From IMG/VR virus record IMGVR_UViG_3300028048_001604: DNA of 63,050 bases; one strand, given 5' to 3'. The position numbers and the translations under genes were made by a program. The notes below the pieces were generated by a model. It had not been told where the DNA came from. It worked only from the letters and a program-made list of their open reading frames with translations, and did no database searches. Positions 47,160 to 57,973 of this stretch are shown piece by piece; position 1 is the first letter of the stretch, and the number at the start of each line of letters is the position of its first letter. Origin of the DNA: an uncultured virus (IMG/VR IMGVR_UViG_3300028048_001604). Taxonomy: Duplodnaviria > Heunggongvirae > Uroviricota > Caudoviricetes.

Positions 47160-47834
47160 TTATCTATACTGAGCCTTAAACTGCTTCTTAAGGTTATCAG
47201 CCTGAGCCTTGTTGCCTGCAAATCTAATATGAATCAAAGCACCATGTCTTGTCTCATGGATAGCCATTGACTTATACACCTCTGACATATGTCCTACACA
47301 ATCCATAGGGTTTCTCCAAGCACCTGCTACATAAACCTGATACCCCATTGAAGCTAACTGCTGAAACAGTGTGGAAATTGTTACCTTAAAAGCTGGGAGA
47401 GTTCTACCCTTATATACTACCCTGTTGCTATCATTAAGGTTATACACACAAACTGTACCACCCTGCATGAGCTTGTCAGCCTTTGTTGCAAGGAAAGTTG
47501 CACAATCTGCAACTGCCTTACTCTGAAGTTCTACGATGGTTTTCAAGTCTTTATTGACAATACCACCTTCTGCTGTGACTGACATAAGGCTCTGCAGAAG
47601 ATACTGCGTATTAACTTCTACAATAACGTCTTCGTTACCAATAGCTGCAACTGTAATGTTAGAATCCTTACTGAGTGCCTCAGCATAAGGTCTAGCCTTT
47701 TCAAGCGGAACAAAACCCCAGTTACAACCATCTTTAAGATTGCCTGCACAAGAAATGATTGCAAACTGTGTCGATTCGGGCAACTGGAGTGCCTTTTTTG
47801 CGTGTTCTCTCGCCTTACTGTTAATCTGTGCCAT
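47160..47834 (-). CDS. Hypothetical protein (monocistronic)
   Basis: 224 aa; own promoter, AGGAGGT RBS and terminator. Confidence 0.8.
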   Translation of the reverse strand: MAQINSKAREHAKKALQLPESTQFAIISCAGNLKDGCNWGFVPLEKARPYAEALSKDSNITVAAIGNEDVIVEVNTQYLLQSLMSVTAEGGIVNKDLKTIVELQSKAVADCATFLATKADKLMQGGTVCVYNLNDSNRVVYKGRTLPAFKVTISTLFQQLASMGYQVYVAGAWRNPMDCVGHMSEVYKSMAIHETRHGALIHIRFAGNKAQADNLKKQFKAQYR

Positions 47835-47857
47835 AAGAATACCTCCTATTATGTACT

Positions 47858-47886
47858 ATTATACCATATTTCTGCTTATTTGTAAA
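47858..47886 (-). promoter_or_regulatory. Sigma-A promoter TTTACA-17-TATAAT with extended TG
   Basis: Minus strand TTTACAaataagcagaaataTGgTATAAT. Confidence 0.75.
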
Positions 47887-47893
47887 GAGCGTC

Positions 47894-48421
47894 TTAAAGT
47901 TCCTTTGGTTCAAAGTAATCAGAACCTATATAACTGTGATACCCTATTGTTGCATTGATGTCTATGAAATCATATGTGTTTGTATCTAGCATAACATTTA
48001 CACTAAAATCGCTAACTTCTAGACAGATACATAAAACTCCATCGTTATTCACGATATTAGTTACCCTGAGTCCAACTTTTTCATCTGATACCTCCTTTTT
48101 TAATACACAAAGTGTATCATTATCTAAACAGTCTATTGTATAATACTTATCGTCTAAAGTACCTACGTGTAGATTATAATATACCCCGTCTTTGAAGAAA
48201 ATAATTTTACAAGAATTTTCTCCAAACTCGAACTGAACGCCGTACTTATTCAAACGAAGTGAACCTAAATCGTGAAAGTCTTTATCTCTAACTACCCTAT
48301 CTTTCGTAAACATACGCTTAAATTCGTCTGGCGTTCTAGTGTAATAATCTAATGAACACAATGCTAAAAAATTTACCTCATCTTCATTTTCAGATACAAC
48401 AAATACCCTGTTTTCCGACAT
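47894..48421 (-). CDS. Hypothetical protein
   Basis: 175 aa. Confidence 0.7.
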   Translation of the reverse strand: MSENRVFVVSENEDEVNFLALCSLDYYTRTPDEFKRMFTKDRVVRDKDFHDLGSLRLNKYGVQFEFGENSCKIIFFKDGVYYNLHVGTLDDKYYTIDCLDNDTLCVLKKEVSDEKVGLRVTNIVNNDGVLCICLEVSDFSVNVMLDTNTYDFIDINATIGYHSYIGSDYFEPKEL

Positions 48422-48424
48422 AGC

Positions 48425-49657
48425 TTAACTCCCTAAAACTTCATCTACACTTAAACACTTACAAGTGAATAGAGTATCCTGTATATCATCGGCACTTAAA
48501 TGCTCTGGGTCACCATTTGATGCCTGTATAAAAATCTCGGGCAGGCTACCCTTTTTATCGCTATTATATGATACAGACATATTACAAGATTCATCGTTAG
48601 TCTGCTTATAGGCTTTTTCAAAAAATGTATTCAAAGCACCAACATACGTTGGATATACAAATTTGGCTTGTTTAGATGAAATCTTTTCATATTTTAAGAC
48701 TGATGTTATAATATTTTTAGCAAAATCTGATTCTATATGTGTGTTTGTTTTAATACAATATGCTAAAATATCTTTCATAAACGGAATACTATTTATTGGC
48801 TCTATCTCGTTTGTAACTTTATTTTCAGATGATACAAATTCGATAGCGTCTAAACCTGTTAAGGCTTTATATGCACGTTTAATATGCCAATACTGTTTCT
48901 CTGAACAGGTCTCATTACCCCGTTTTTCTAAAGTACCAAGAATTGCTACTGCTGTGGTAAATTTACTACCCATCGATTCTAGGTCACTCTTATGTCTTTG
49001 TACAAGGTCTATAACGTCTGTATAGGTTTTTACATTCTGTACCTCGCTACTAATATCAGTAGTAGTTTTTATCTCTGCTTGGTCTATCTTCTTCATACGA
49101 GAAATATTGTTCTCACACTCAAGAATATTTTTCTCTATGCTGAATTTTTCATCTTCCAAGTCCATACGTTTATGTCTCAAGGCATTATATTTATCAATAT
49201 ATGTATCCATATAATTGTCTAGAGCCTTGTTGAAACGGTCTGCCAATACCCCATTGATTAAACTTTTGTAATCAGTAATAGCAGAAACCATTTTATCTAC
49301 CGAAGTGTCATCCTCGAAATTTACGTCAAGTGTGCCTCTTTTATCCCTTGGTATGTTATCACTTATTTTATCCTTGCTTATCGTAAAATCAGTAAGCAGT
49401 TTTTCTTCACGTGACTCTACCAAAGTATATTTATGTCTGTTTACCAAGGATTCTGGGTCTCGTAGATACAAACCACTAATCTGTGAACATAAATCATATG
49501 ATATGTCTTTTATCTGCATATCAGTATCAAATTGCTCACGCATACGATTTGTTAATGTGCGGAGTTCTTCAGTAAGACTACCCTGTTTGGTTTCATTCTC
49601 CTTTAGAGATGCCTGCAAATTTGTTAGTTTTTCTTCATATTCTTGTGTCGTCATCAT
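48425..49657 (-). CDS. Coiled-coil hypothetical protein
   Basis: Heptad-rich N-terminal half. Confidence 0.75.
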   Translation of the reverse strand: MMTTQEYEEKLTNLQASLKENETKQGSLTEELRTLTNRMREQFDTDMQIKDISYDLCSQISGLYLRDPESLVNRHKYTLVESREEKLLTDFTISKDKISDNIPRDKRGTLDVNFEDDTSVDKMVSAITDYKSLINGVLADRFNKALDNYMDTYIDKYNALRHKRMDLEDEKFSIEKNILECENNISRMKKIDQAEIKTTTDISSEVQNVKTYTDVIDLVQRHKSDLESMGSKFTTAVAILGTLEKRGNETCSEKQYWHIKRAYKALTGLDAIEFVSSENKVTNEIEPINSIPFMKDILAYCIKTNTHIESDFAKNIITSVLKYEKISSKQAKFVYPTYVGALNTFFEKAYKQTNDESCNMSVSYNSDKKGSLPEIFIQASNGDPEHLSADDIQDTLFTCKCLSVDEVLGS

Positions 49658-49658
49658 T

Positions 49659-51839
49659 TCAAGCCTCCTGTCTAAATATTAGTTCGGAGTCATACGGATA
49701 CCTATCTAAATGTACCCCCATTAATGAGTTTAATACCCTATTGGCGTTGTATAGTACCTTTAATACCTTATTTAAGCAATACATATCATCATCTCTATGC
49801 TCATACATACCATCGTAATTCTTTCTGTAATTATTATACCTAGTAAGCATACAAGATGCGTATAGTTCACGAGAGTCTGCTGAAGAACCAAATTCCCAAT
49901 CAGTACCTGCAATACCCAATTCTGACTGTAAATCTAACATTCTGTTGCGGTTTGCAGTAAGTTCTGGTGACTCTACAAATGTCTGGTTCTTTATCTCTGG
50001 TAATGTATAACTTGTTTCTAGAGCTTGATTTAACGCCTTTTTGCTCTCATTAGAAAGAGGTGTCTGAGCATAAATACCCTCACACTCATAGCAGAAAATA
50101 CGTACCAAATTCTTACACAGAATTACTAACTGCCGTTGAATACTTGAATCAATGTAGCCTAACGAACCTACATTTACACAAGGCATTACTACCCCTAGAT
50201 TATTAAATACTGCTAAATTCAATGGTATGTATGCATTTCTATACAGTCTTTCAAAGAGTTCTGTATACCGTAAGTTGTATCTGATACTCTTTGCTAATTC
50301 TGCTGGTTTTTGTCCTATTGAATACATGAGAGGTTTTTTACCCAAAAGATAATGATTTACTATGCTACCATAATTATCTGGCTTGTCTCCTGTAAGATAC
50401 AACTCCAACATTTGAATCAATGTCTGTGGATATGGTAAGCCCAACTCTGTAAAATCATAATAATAATTAAGTAGTTCAGTATTGAGTTCGTTTGTTTGAG
50501 AGTCTAGAGCATCCTTTGTTACTGCACCTGACAGTACCAACTTCAAAGATAGCTTTTTTAATGCACGTCTATCAGTACCCATAATAGCCTGCAGTGGCTT
50601 AAAAGTACTCATAATTTGGTCTTTTCGTGAACTCTTCAAAATACCCAAAATGTAGTTATAATCTTTTTCCATCTTAGATGATGCATTTAACAACTGGCTA
50701 AGCTGTGTCTTGTCTAGGTCAAAGAAATCGCCAACGCATTGAGAACCAAACTGAATGATATACCCTTTAGCTAAGCCTTCCTGTATTGCTACCTCTACTG
50801 AGCCTTTATTCTGTGCCATGTTTTCTGATACCATCTCTTCGTCGATAGAACCATCTTCTGTAATAACATCATTTACAAAAGAAGTAAAGTTTGCTGAACG
50901 AAGTATAGATGAATCAAAATCTTTAACATCTGATGCCCATGCTAGATGTACATTGTGAATTTTATGATTTAATCTGCAACGTGTGACTTCGGGAGAATAA
51001 AAATACCCTGCATATTCCCATGTATGATTGCCAATAAGAGCATCTAGTTTTGCCTTTTTTAACTTATACATGTCTGGTTTTAATCTAGTCTTCATTGTCT
51101 GACCACGCTGACCGTCAGATTCAAAAATCTGCCTAGACAACCAAAGAGAATAACGTGTGAGCAAATCTTTCTGCTCTGGTGTAATAATCTTATACAGTAA
51201 ATCTCTAGCAAAGTGACCGTTGGTATCATACCAATTAATGAAGTTTTCCAATATGTCTGGGTTGACGTTATAAGTACCCTGAAGATAGTCCTTGAAATTA
51301 CTTACAGTATTTAATAAACCATTTTCAGAAAGGTAGTTCTCATAACTTTGTTTTAATTCTGGAACACTACCCAAATAATCGTTCAGCTCACGCAAAGACA
51401 GGTTTGCTTTTTCTAGCTTACCAAAGATTTCCTCTGTATCCTCATCAATAAAGTCATCTTCGATACTTTCGTCAATATCTTCGGTATCTTCATCAATATC
51501 CTCTATACTCTCATAAATATCTTCGGTATCTTCTTCAACATCTTCTATACTATCGTCAATATCTGCGTCTTCATCGTAATCAACGTCTTCGTCGATATTT
51601 TCATCATAATCGATGTCTTCATCTACCTCTTCCTGAGCAAAAACCTTTGATTTATCATAGACTAATTCGCCTGTATCAGAAAGAGATACCCCTGATAGTA
51701 CTTCTACCCCATTATACTTTGAGTATTTTAAGAGTAGTTTTAGGTCTGCCTCTGGTATAACGTCAAAGCCTCCATTACCGTCTGAAAAGGCAAAATAGCG
51801 TACATCGTCTTTATCCATATAAGATACAAAAGGAAACAT
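49659..51839 (-). CDS. Large hypothetical protein with acidic repeat tract and putative Zn site
   Basis: D/E tract; RCRLNHKI..VH...FGSQCV motif. Confidence 0.75.
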   Translation of the reverse strand: MFPFVSYMDKDDVRYFAFSDGNGGFDVIPEADLKLLLKYSKYNGVEVLSGVSLSDTGELVYDKSKVFAQEEVDEDIDYDENIDEDVDYDEDADIDDSIEDVEEDTEDIYESIEDIDEDTEDIDESIEDDFIDEDTEEIFGKLEKANLSLRELNDYLGSVPELKQSYENYLSENGLLNTVSNFKDYLQGTYNVNPDILENFINWYDTNGHFARDLLYKIITPEQKDLLTRYSLWLSRQIFESDGQRGQTMKTRLKPDMYKLKKAKLDALIGNHTWEYAGYFYSPEVTRCRLNHKIHNVHLAWASDVKDFDSSILRSANFTSFVNDVITEDGSIDEEMVSENMAQNKGSVEVAIQEGLAKGYIIQFGSQCVGDFFDLDKTQLSQLLNASSKMEKDYNYILGILKSSRKDQIMSTFKPLQAIMGTDRRALKKLSLKLVLSGAVTKDALDSQTNELNTELLNYYYDFTELGLPYPQTLIQMLELYLTGDKPDNYGSIVNHYLLGKKPLMYSIGQKPAELAKSIRYNLRYTELFERLYRNAYIPLNLAVFNNLGVVMPCVNVGSLGYIDSSIQRQLVILCKNLVRIFCYECEGIYAQTPLSNESKKALNQALETSYTLPEIKNQTFVESPELTANRNRMLDLQSELGIAGTDWEFGSSADSRELYASCMLTRYNNYRKNYDGMYEHRDDDMYCLNKVLKVLYNANRVLNSLMGVHLDRYPYDSELIFRQEA
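51430..51632. repeat. Acidic coding repeat (EDIDE / DEDTEDI units)
   Basis: Repeated atcttc/tcatc units encoding DEDIDYDE...EDTEDIDESIEDD. Confidence 0.7.
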
Positions 51840-51840
51840 A

Positions 51841-52179
51841 TTATTTTACCCCCTCTAGCGATAACTTTAACAGATTTATAATCTTATCCGTCATACTGCC
51901 TTCTTTTAGCTCTGTTATAGCAATAGAATTATCTAATTCTTCCTGAGTATATAAACCACCATTATGTCTAATTAAACTTGCTTTAGGTAACGTATGTGAG
52001 TTTAAATACCCCTGCATATCCTTTAGGACAGAGGAACTGACGTCATAATACATATATTTTTGAGATTCTAAATCAAAGACTTTAATACGATACCCAAGTA
52101 CCTTATCATCAAGAACTAATGCCTGCAAAGCATTACCACGAATCTTCTTAACAAAATCAGATAAAACCATAGGAATCAC
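51841..52179 (-). CDS. Hypothetical protein
   Basis: 112 aa; VLGYRIKVFD motif. Confidence 0.7.
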   Translation of the reverse strand: MIPMVLSDFVKKIRGNALQALVLDDKVLGYRIKVFDLESQKYMYYDVSSSVLKDMQGYLNSHTLPKASLIRHNGGLYTQEELDNSIAITELKEGSMTDKIINLLKLSLEGVK

Positions 52180-52311
52180 CCCCTGTGTACTTTCTGTTCT
52201 TACAATAATTCATAGCATTTTTTATATAAGACAAAAGCATGACTTCAATAATAAAAAATAAACTGTATTTTTATTCTAGTATGCGGAGTTATTCTTTTAG
52301 AATCCTATAAT

Positions 52312-52341
52312 AAAAGGCGACTCAATTTTTAGAGTCGCCTT
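52312..52341 (-). terminator. Intrinsic terminator
   Basis: AAGGCGACTC-loop-GAGTCGCCTT followed by TT on the minus strand. Confidence 0.75.
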
Positions 52342-52348
52342 ATATCTA

Positions 52349-52456
52349 CTACTCTTCGATATAATCACTAATCTTTATATGGTCTGGAGTTATAAATACA
52401 AGTATGCCAAGGCAAACTGCAAATACCCCTATGGTTGCTAGTACAATCTTCTTCAT
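52349..52456 (-). CDS. Small membrane peptide (35 aa), not in ORF track
   Basis: MKKIVLATIGVFAVCLGILVFITPDHIKISDYIEE, immediately after the helicase stop and before the terminator. Confidence 0.55.
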   Translation of the reverse strand: MKKIVLATIGVFAVCLGILVFITPDHIKISDYIEE

Positions 52457-52457
52457 T

Positions 52458-53990
52458 TTATACCCCATCGATGCTATAAAATAAGCAACTTCGTAAGTCT
52501 ATGTTAATCTTAATATCACGGAAAGGTCTAGCCATTCTACTAGGTACAGACATAATAGTCATCTCACGTCTCTGTAAATCTTCTACCGATGCGTACAGGG
52601 CGATATTAATATCTGGTGTTCTAATAATCTCGGAAGATTCACCACCTGCTGTTCGAGTTTCGTGTCCTACCCCCTCTTTGCTATTCTGCATCTCCTTCAT
52701 AAAGTCCTGAGTAAACTGAGATGGAGAAATAGCCATAACATTTCTTTTCTTACAATAAGCAAGCAAATCCTGATAAGCTTTACCAATAGCCTGTGGTTTT
52801 GATAAATTCTTGCTATCCCAACCAATCAACTGTAGGTAGTCAATACAAACTGCTTTAGACTGATTCATCTGCACCGAGGTTTCAATTTCATCTATAAAAG
52901 TTTCAACCTTAAACGGTCTATCAATCATATACATATTACCATAGTTAATATTGGTAAATAAGTCTAGACGTGATGCCTCTTCAAGCATTTTAATTTCTTC
53001 TGATGGGTAATCATCATACAAAATCTCGCGTTGAGATAGAGGTGCAACTTTTTCACTTTCAGACTTGTTTCTAATATACATATACTCAAAGTGAATAGCA
53101 CGCATCTGTGCCCACCAAGCTTTGTATCCACCTTCGTGTGCCCATACAGATACATTGTGACCGTTCATCAAAATAGTATGAACTGTTCTGGCACACCATT
53201 TTGACTTACCACCTTTAGTGGGTGCCATGATGTTGTAAAACATAGATGTGTAATACCCACCTAATTCTGTATTAAGCTCATTGATTAAATCAAAGTTACC
53301 CAAAAGCTCTGGCTTGGCAGTCTTATCATCGTCTACAATACCCTGGGTACGGGAGTCAATAAAGCCTACACCACTTGTCTGGTCTAAAACTGCGTCAACA
53401 TCAGCGACTACCTTTTTAATATAGGCTACCGAATCGTCATACCCTTGATAAAACTTTCTGCCTACCTGTACACCATCATACAGAATAAGTTTTGATGTGC
53501 TATAAGCCTTGTTTACCTCATAAGCAGAAAACTCTTGTTTATACTTTTCAAGGCTTAATGTAAAATCATCATGATTTAACGGTTCTAGTTGCATTAAACG
53601 ATTAAACTGTTTAAGTACACCTGAAACATACCCAATCAAAGGATTGTCATCTAAGTCTTTATACGCATTTACATCAATATACGCAACTGCATCTTTAATC
53701 AGCTTTGTATTCCTTGTAAGGTGCAACTTGATGAATTCTTCGTCTGGTGTAATACCCTTATCCTTGAAGTTATAGAAAACTTTATAGATGATATAATTCT
53801 CGTCTTTGAATACCTCTGGCGGAACCTGACCAAAAATATATCTTCTATTACTTAATGATAAGTCGTCTTTATGAATGATACTTTGAATGAGAGTATCGCT
53901 TAATACAGACAAACGCTCATCTGGAGTAAGTTCATACCCTGTTGGCTCTTCCGTACTTGGCATATTGTTTTCTAAAACACTATTATCCAT
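52458..53990 (-). CDS. dnaB: DnaB-like (SF4) replicative helicase
   Basis: Walker A MAPTKGGKS, WAHE, CIDYLQL, SPSQF motifs. Confidence 0.82.
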   Translation of the reverse strand: MDNSVLENNMPSTEEPTGYELTPDERLSVLSDTLIQSIIHKDDLSLSNRRYIFGQVPPEVFKDENYIIYKVFYNFKDKGITPDEEFIKLHLTRNTKLIKDAVAYIDVNAYKDLDDNPLIGYVSGVLKQFNRLMQLEPLNHDDFTLSLEKYKQEFSAYEVNKAYSTSKLILYDGVQVGRKFYQGYDDSVAYIKKVVADVDAVLDQTSGVGFIDSRTQGIVDDDKTAKPELLGNFDLINELNTELGGYYTSMFYNIMAPTKGGKSKWCARTVHTILMNGHNVSVWAHEGGYKAWWAQMRAIHFEYMYIRNKSESEKVAPLSQREILYDDYPSEEIKMLEEASRLDLFTNINYGNMYMIDRPFKVETFIDEIETSVQMNQSKAVCIDYLQLIGWDSKNLSKPQAIGKAYQDLLAYCKKRNVMAISPSQFTQDFMKEMQNSKEGVGHETRTAGGESSEIIRTPDINIALYASVEDLQRREMTIMSVPSRMARPFRDIKINIDLRSCLFYSIDGV

Positions 53991-53991
53991 A

Positions 53992-54792
53992 CTACTTAAT
54001 CAACCTCACATTTATAGCTTTCTCATGTGGTAAATCGCTACCACTATATAATACTAACTGAGTACCCTTAAGCATTGAAATTGCCTGAATAAGCCTAGAA
54101 GTGAGTATATCTTTACTATCCTTGTTAATAGTACCATCAGAAAAAATATCCAACGGTGGAAGAAGAACTACCCTTTTATAGTCATAGGGCGTTAGCATAC
54201 ATTCTGCTAACAGTAGAAATACAGACTGTACAGGCTTAACATCATACAGATACTTAATTGTAAAGCCTAAAGGTGTGGTCTCCAAATGAACTACATTGTC
54301 CGAACCGTAAATACCCCTAAACACATTGTTTGTCAGCTTTACAATCTTCAGCCAATTTGTACCTGAGATTCTATCATTATATTCTCTCATATCGGTAGAT
54401 AGCATATCGCTAAAATCTGCATCTTCTACATTACCGAAAGACCTGAAAGCACCACCATTTGTATATCTGATACAATGCACTTTAGGTAAATCACCCTTAA
54501 TATCGACATTACCTGTTTTACTGTCTCCTATTATAGTAGCACCATTTGTAAAACTTAAGATTGCCTTACCTGTAAATGGTGATGCCTCAAACCCAGATGT
54601 ACTAGCCTGAGTATCTAGTTTATTGTAATACCCTGAGTAGTCACGCATAAGCAGAGATTCTACAGTCTCTAGTACCTGATTACCGCTACTGTTAACTGAC
54701 TTACCCTTACCAAGATGAACAATCTTTTCGTCTGGTAAAGTTAGTGCATACATCTCGCTACCCTGAGCATATTTTAGTGATTTGAAAATCAT
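53992..54792 (-). CDS. Hypothetical protein
   Basis: 266 aa between topoisomerase A and helicase; GGAGGG RBS. Confidence 0.75.
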   Translation of the reverse strand: MIFKSLKYAQGSEMYALTLPDEKIVHLGKGKSVNSSGNQVLETVESLLMRDYSGYYNKLDTQASTSGFEASPFTGKAILSFTNGATIIGDSKTGNVDIKGDLPKVHCIRYTNGGAFRSFGNVEDADFSDMLSTDMREYNDRISGTNWLKIVKLTNNVFRGIYGSDNVVHLETTPLGFTIKYLYDVKPVQSVFLLLAECMLTPYDYKRVVLLPPLDIFSDGTINKDSKDILTSRLIQAISMLKGTQLVLYSGSDLPHEKAINVRLIK

Positions 54793-54805
54793 AGTACCCT
54801 CCTAG

Positions 54806-56977
54806 TTATACAGGAATCAACTGATTTGCCTTAAACTGAATATCAGTACTATTTACCTGCTTATGAAGTACATCTTTATAAACTTCATTTGTAGCAACAT
54901 TAACTGCAATATCAGTTAGTGTGGTTGGAAGAATCGAATCAATAACAGAGTTTGTAGTATTTCTAAAGGCTCTAGTTCTAGCCTTACGGTCTTTATGTTT
55001 CAACTCTGATGGGATACACCAGCCTACCCTTGCATCCTTGGTCGTTACAAAGAGTGCCTCTGGAATCTGATTTTCATGGAATACCATGCATAGCTTATCT
55101 GCATGAGCAGTTGAAATACCCTTTTCGAGTACCTTTACACGTCTATTATTACCTACAAATTCTGATTCGTCTACAAAACCTACACAACCATCATTGTAAA
55201 GTAACATGAGAGTTTCGCCTGTTAGTCTACTAATCCAAACTACCTTATAGTCTTGGTCTGTCTCGCTGATACCACACATTCTAGGAATGTACTGACCTAA
55301 ACCTGACATAGCACTCATAGGCATATCCTCGCAATAGATACGCATGAGTCTACCCTTGTTATCCAGCGCAATAAGAGTATCTGATGCAGTACCAACAAAC
55401 GAAATGACGTCAGAACTCTTATCTGCTACTGGGTTTGGAGTCTTTCTCAAGAAATTACCCTTCATAGTGTAATAGCAAGTAGAAGTATCCTTGATGTCCT
55501 CTGCCTTAGTATCAGATTTATCGCCTGTAAAGTTGTAATCTGTCTTAGATACCTTTGTAAGGCGTGGCATACGCTTTCCGTATTTTGCAATAAGAGAATC
55601 CATCTGCTTTGAGATAACTGTATCAATATCAGCAAGATTATTCTCTAGCTCTTTAATCTCTAGCTGGATTGTATTAAAAGTAGTCTTATACTTACCACCG
55701 TCATTATAGACAGACAAAGCACGATTTGTTACAAAATCAATATACTCCTCTGGAATATCGTCTCTAGAGAAGTTTTCTTTAATGTACTTCGCTCCTGCAC
55801 GTTTACCATTTTTTGTAACAATATTAACGAATTCGATACATTTTTCTCTATCATTTACAACTGTCATAACCGCCTTTGATTCTTTAAGAGCCTCTTTTGC
55901 ATCCTCAAGACGATAGTTGTATTCCTTCTCTAGAACGGAACGTCTCCAAGCTACCCAGTGCTCAATGATACCCCATACACCTAAAATGATTGGCATACCA
56001 TCTTCAATTACAGTCATATCAGCTGAATAAGTGTACTGAAAATCTGTATTCTTATACAAATCATATATTGCCTCTTGTACAGCCTGCTTATTTTTACAGT
56101 TAACTGTAAAGGCAATACCATGTGTTAAATCTGAAGAATCATATGCGTTCTTAATGTAATCAGATTCAAGATTATTAATCTGATGTACAATATTCTGAAT
56201 CTTCTTACCATAAGGAAGATTGGTTACATCAATCTTACTTCCATTAACGATATATGAACCTCGAAGTTTGAGTTTTGCTCTACCCGTTTGCATGAGTTTC
56301 TGCAACTCCTTGGCGTCATGTACATATTCTCCGCCTGTAACAAAATCTGGCTCAATAACAGTAGTACACTTACCGTCTTTAATATACTCTTTTACAAGAT
56401 TACAAACGTCTGTAAAGTTAAAAGACGGCATATTAGACTTAAAGCCGACTGCAATACCCGATGATGCATTGACAAGTATAGCTGGGAAAGATACAGGCAA
56501 CTCGACAGGCTCTGTTTCAGTACTATCGAAGTTTGGAATCATTGTAATACCATGCATCTCACCAAAGAATTCATCAGCCTGAGGTGGGTAAGCAAGCTCT
56601 GTGTATCGAGCTGCTGCTGGTTTATCAGTATCAATAACTGAAGAAAAGGCTCCTGTACCCTTTAACAAAGGAAATGCCATGCTACCATTACTATCTGTCA
56701 TAGGAACGGCAGACTTATAAATAGATGCATCTCCATGTGGGTGCAAAGCGAGTACATTACCCGTTAGTCTTGCAGACTTAATTGGAGCAGTCGATTTACT
56801 CTTTTTCAGAGTAAAAATAATACGTCTCTGTACAGGTTTCAGACCGTCATGCAAACTTGCAAGTGCTCTGTCTGTAATAACTGACATACCATATTCAATA
56901 TACCCGTCAGCAAGGTAACGTACACCTGAACTCATATTTTTCAAATCGGTTACAGTTTTATTCAAATCCTCGGACAT
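54806..56977 (-). CDS. gyrA: Type IIA topoisomerase subunit A (GyrA/ParC-like)
   Basis: DRAL...DGLKPVQRR, KSAR, HPHGDASIY, AAARYTE (catalytic Tyr), GIAVG; short divergent CTD with no evident GyrA box. Confidence 0.9.
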   Translation of the reverse strand: MSEDLNKTVTDLKNMSSGVRYLADGYIEYGMSVITDRALASLHDGLKPVQRRIIFTLKKSKSTAPIKSARLTGNVLALHPHGDASIYKSAVPMTDSNGSMAFPLLKGTGAFSSVIDTDKPAAARYTELAYPPQADEFFGEMHGITMIPNFDSTETEPVELPVSFPAILVNASSGIAVGFKSNMPSFNFTDVCNLVKEYIKDGKCTTVIEPDFVTGGEYVHDAKELQKLMQTGRAKLKLRGSYIVNGSKIDVTNLPYGKKIQNIVHQINNLESDYIKNAYDSSDLTHGIAFTVNCKNKQAVQEAIYDLYKNTDFQYTYSADMTVIEDGMPIILGVWGIIEHWVAWRRSVLEKEYNYRLEDAKEALKESKAVMTVVNDREKCIEFVNIVTKNGKRAGAKYIKENFSRDDIPEEYIDFVTNRALSVYNDGGKYKTTFNTIQLEIKELENNLADIDTVISKQMDSLIAKYGKRMPRLTKVSKTDYNFTGDKSDTKAEDIKDTSTCYYTMKGNFLRKTPNPVADKSSDVISFVGTASDTLIALDNKGRLMRIYCEDMPMSAMSGLGQYIPRMCGISETDQDYKVVWISRLTGETLMLLYNDGCVGFVDESEFVGNNRRVKVLEKGISTAHADKLCMVFHENQIPEALFVTTKDARVGWCIPSELKHKDRKARTRAFRNTTNSVIDSILPTTLTDIAVNVATNEVYKDVLHKQVNSTDIQFKANQLIPV

Positions 56978-57036
56978 TCTTACCTCCTAAATTTTTAGTA
57001 ATTATTTAATTACCTGCTATTTTTAACTTATATCTT

Positions 57037-57065
57037 ATTATACCATGTATCTGCTAATTTGTCAA
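57037..57065 (-). promoter_or_regulatory. Sigma-A promoter TTGACA-17-TATAAT with extended TG, for the topoisomerase A-helicase operon
   Basis: Minus strand TTGACAaattagcagatacaTGgTATAAT. Confidence 0.85.
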
Positions 57066-57973
57066 TAGCATGTGAGCATTAAATAGAAAATACCCAAAGG
57101 TATTAAATAAGATAAAGGCATTAGAATACTTGCTATGTATAGTCTTTTTAGACTCTTACCCGAAATATAAAAGTCAGCAATAAGCTTATCACGTCTGACT
57201 AAGTAAAGCACAACTACCCAAAGCACATTAAACACTAATACGAAAAGCATTTTTGACTCTAGAATGTAAGTACCTAAGAAATCAACTCCTGCATTTTTAA
57301 GCAGTGTGTTGGTGCTAGAATCGAAATACACATCGTTTGTCTTTAAATTTGTTACTAGCATAATTTCTTTAGAAGAACTTGTACTAGAGAACTTACTTGT
57401 AAATTTCAGTTTGTACTGATTGTTTTTATATACTGTCTTCTCTACGTTATCGAGAGATTTTTCTACAAAATTGTTACCCTGCTCGTTTGCTAGAAAAATC
57501 TGGAAGTCGCCTGTTTCCATAATAGAACAGGTATAAATCGGACTGTTTTTACCACTAACTGTAAATGTAATATTATTTACAGTAACTTCATACCCATCTT
57601 TGACCTTCTTGATTTTTGAAACTAGAGAGTCCCCTGTAGTATATAGTCTCTGGTATCTACCCTTGATGTCGTAGTATAGCCAATTATCATCTTCGAGATA
57701 CAAAGTATATAGAGTTGTATTTGCTTTTGCAGATAGCTCCTCTACATCTGAGCCTTCTACTGTAATCTTGTATTTACCATTTTTTGTTTTACTATATTTC
57801 TTAACTGTATCAATATACTTTGAATTGGTCTCAACAATTTTATTATTTGTATTGAAAATTGTATAGTATTTACTAAAGTCATATACAAATGCGATAGCAT
57901 AGGTAAATGTCAAAACAAACACAAAAAATACCAAAATAGATTGTACCCTGCTACTTAAATGCCAACGTCTCAT
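57062..57973 (-). CDS. Membrane protein (1 N-terminal and 2 C-terminal TM)
   Basis: 303 aa, hydrophobic ends, extracellular middle. Confidence 0.7.
   Translation of the reverse strand: MRRWHLSSRVQSILVFFVFVLTFTYAIAFVYDFSKYYTIFNTNNKIVETNSKYIDTVKKYSKTKNGKYKITVEGSDVEELSAKANTTLYTLYLEDDNWLYYDIKGRYQRLYTTGDSLVSKIKKVKDGYEVTVNNITFTVSGKNSPIYTCSIMETGDFQIFLANEQGNNFVEKSLDNVEKTVYKNNQYKLKFTSKFSSTSSSKEIMLVTNLKTNDVYFDSSTNTLLKNAGVDFLGTYILESKMLFVLVFNVLWVVVLYLVRRDKLIADFYISGKSLKRLYIASILMPLSYLIPLGIFYLMLTCY

Noticed and set aside
52180..52311. AT-rich gaps (also 23840-23938) as replication origin or ncRNA
   Set aside because: No iterons, DnaA-box cluster or convincing structure seen; no tRNA or rRNA recognised anywhere in the window.
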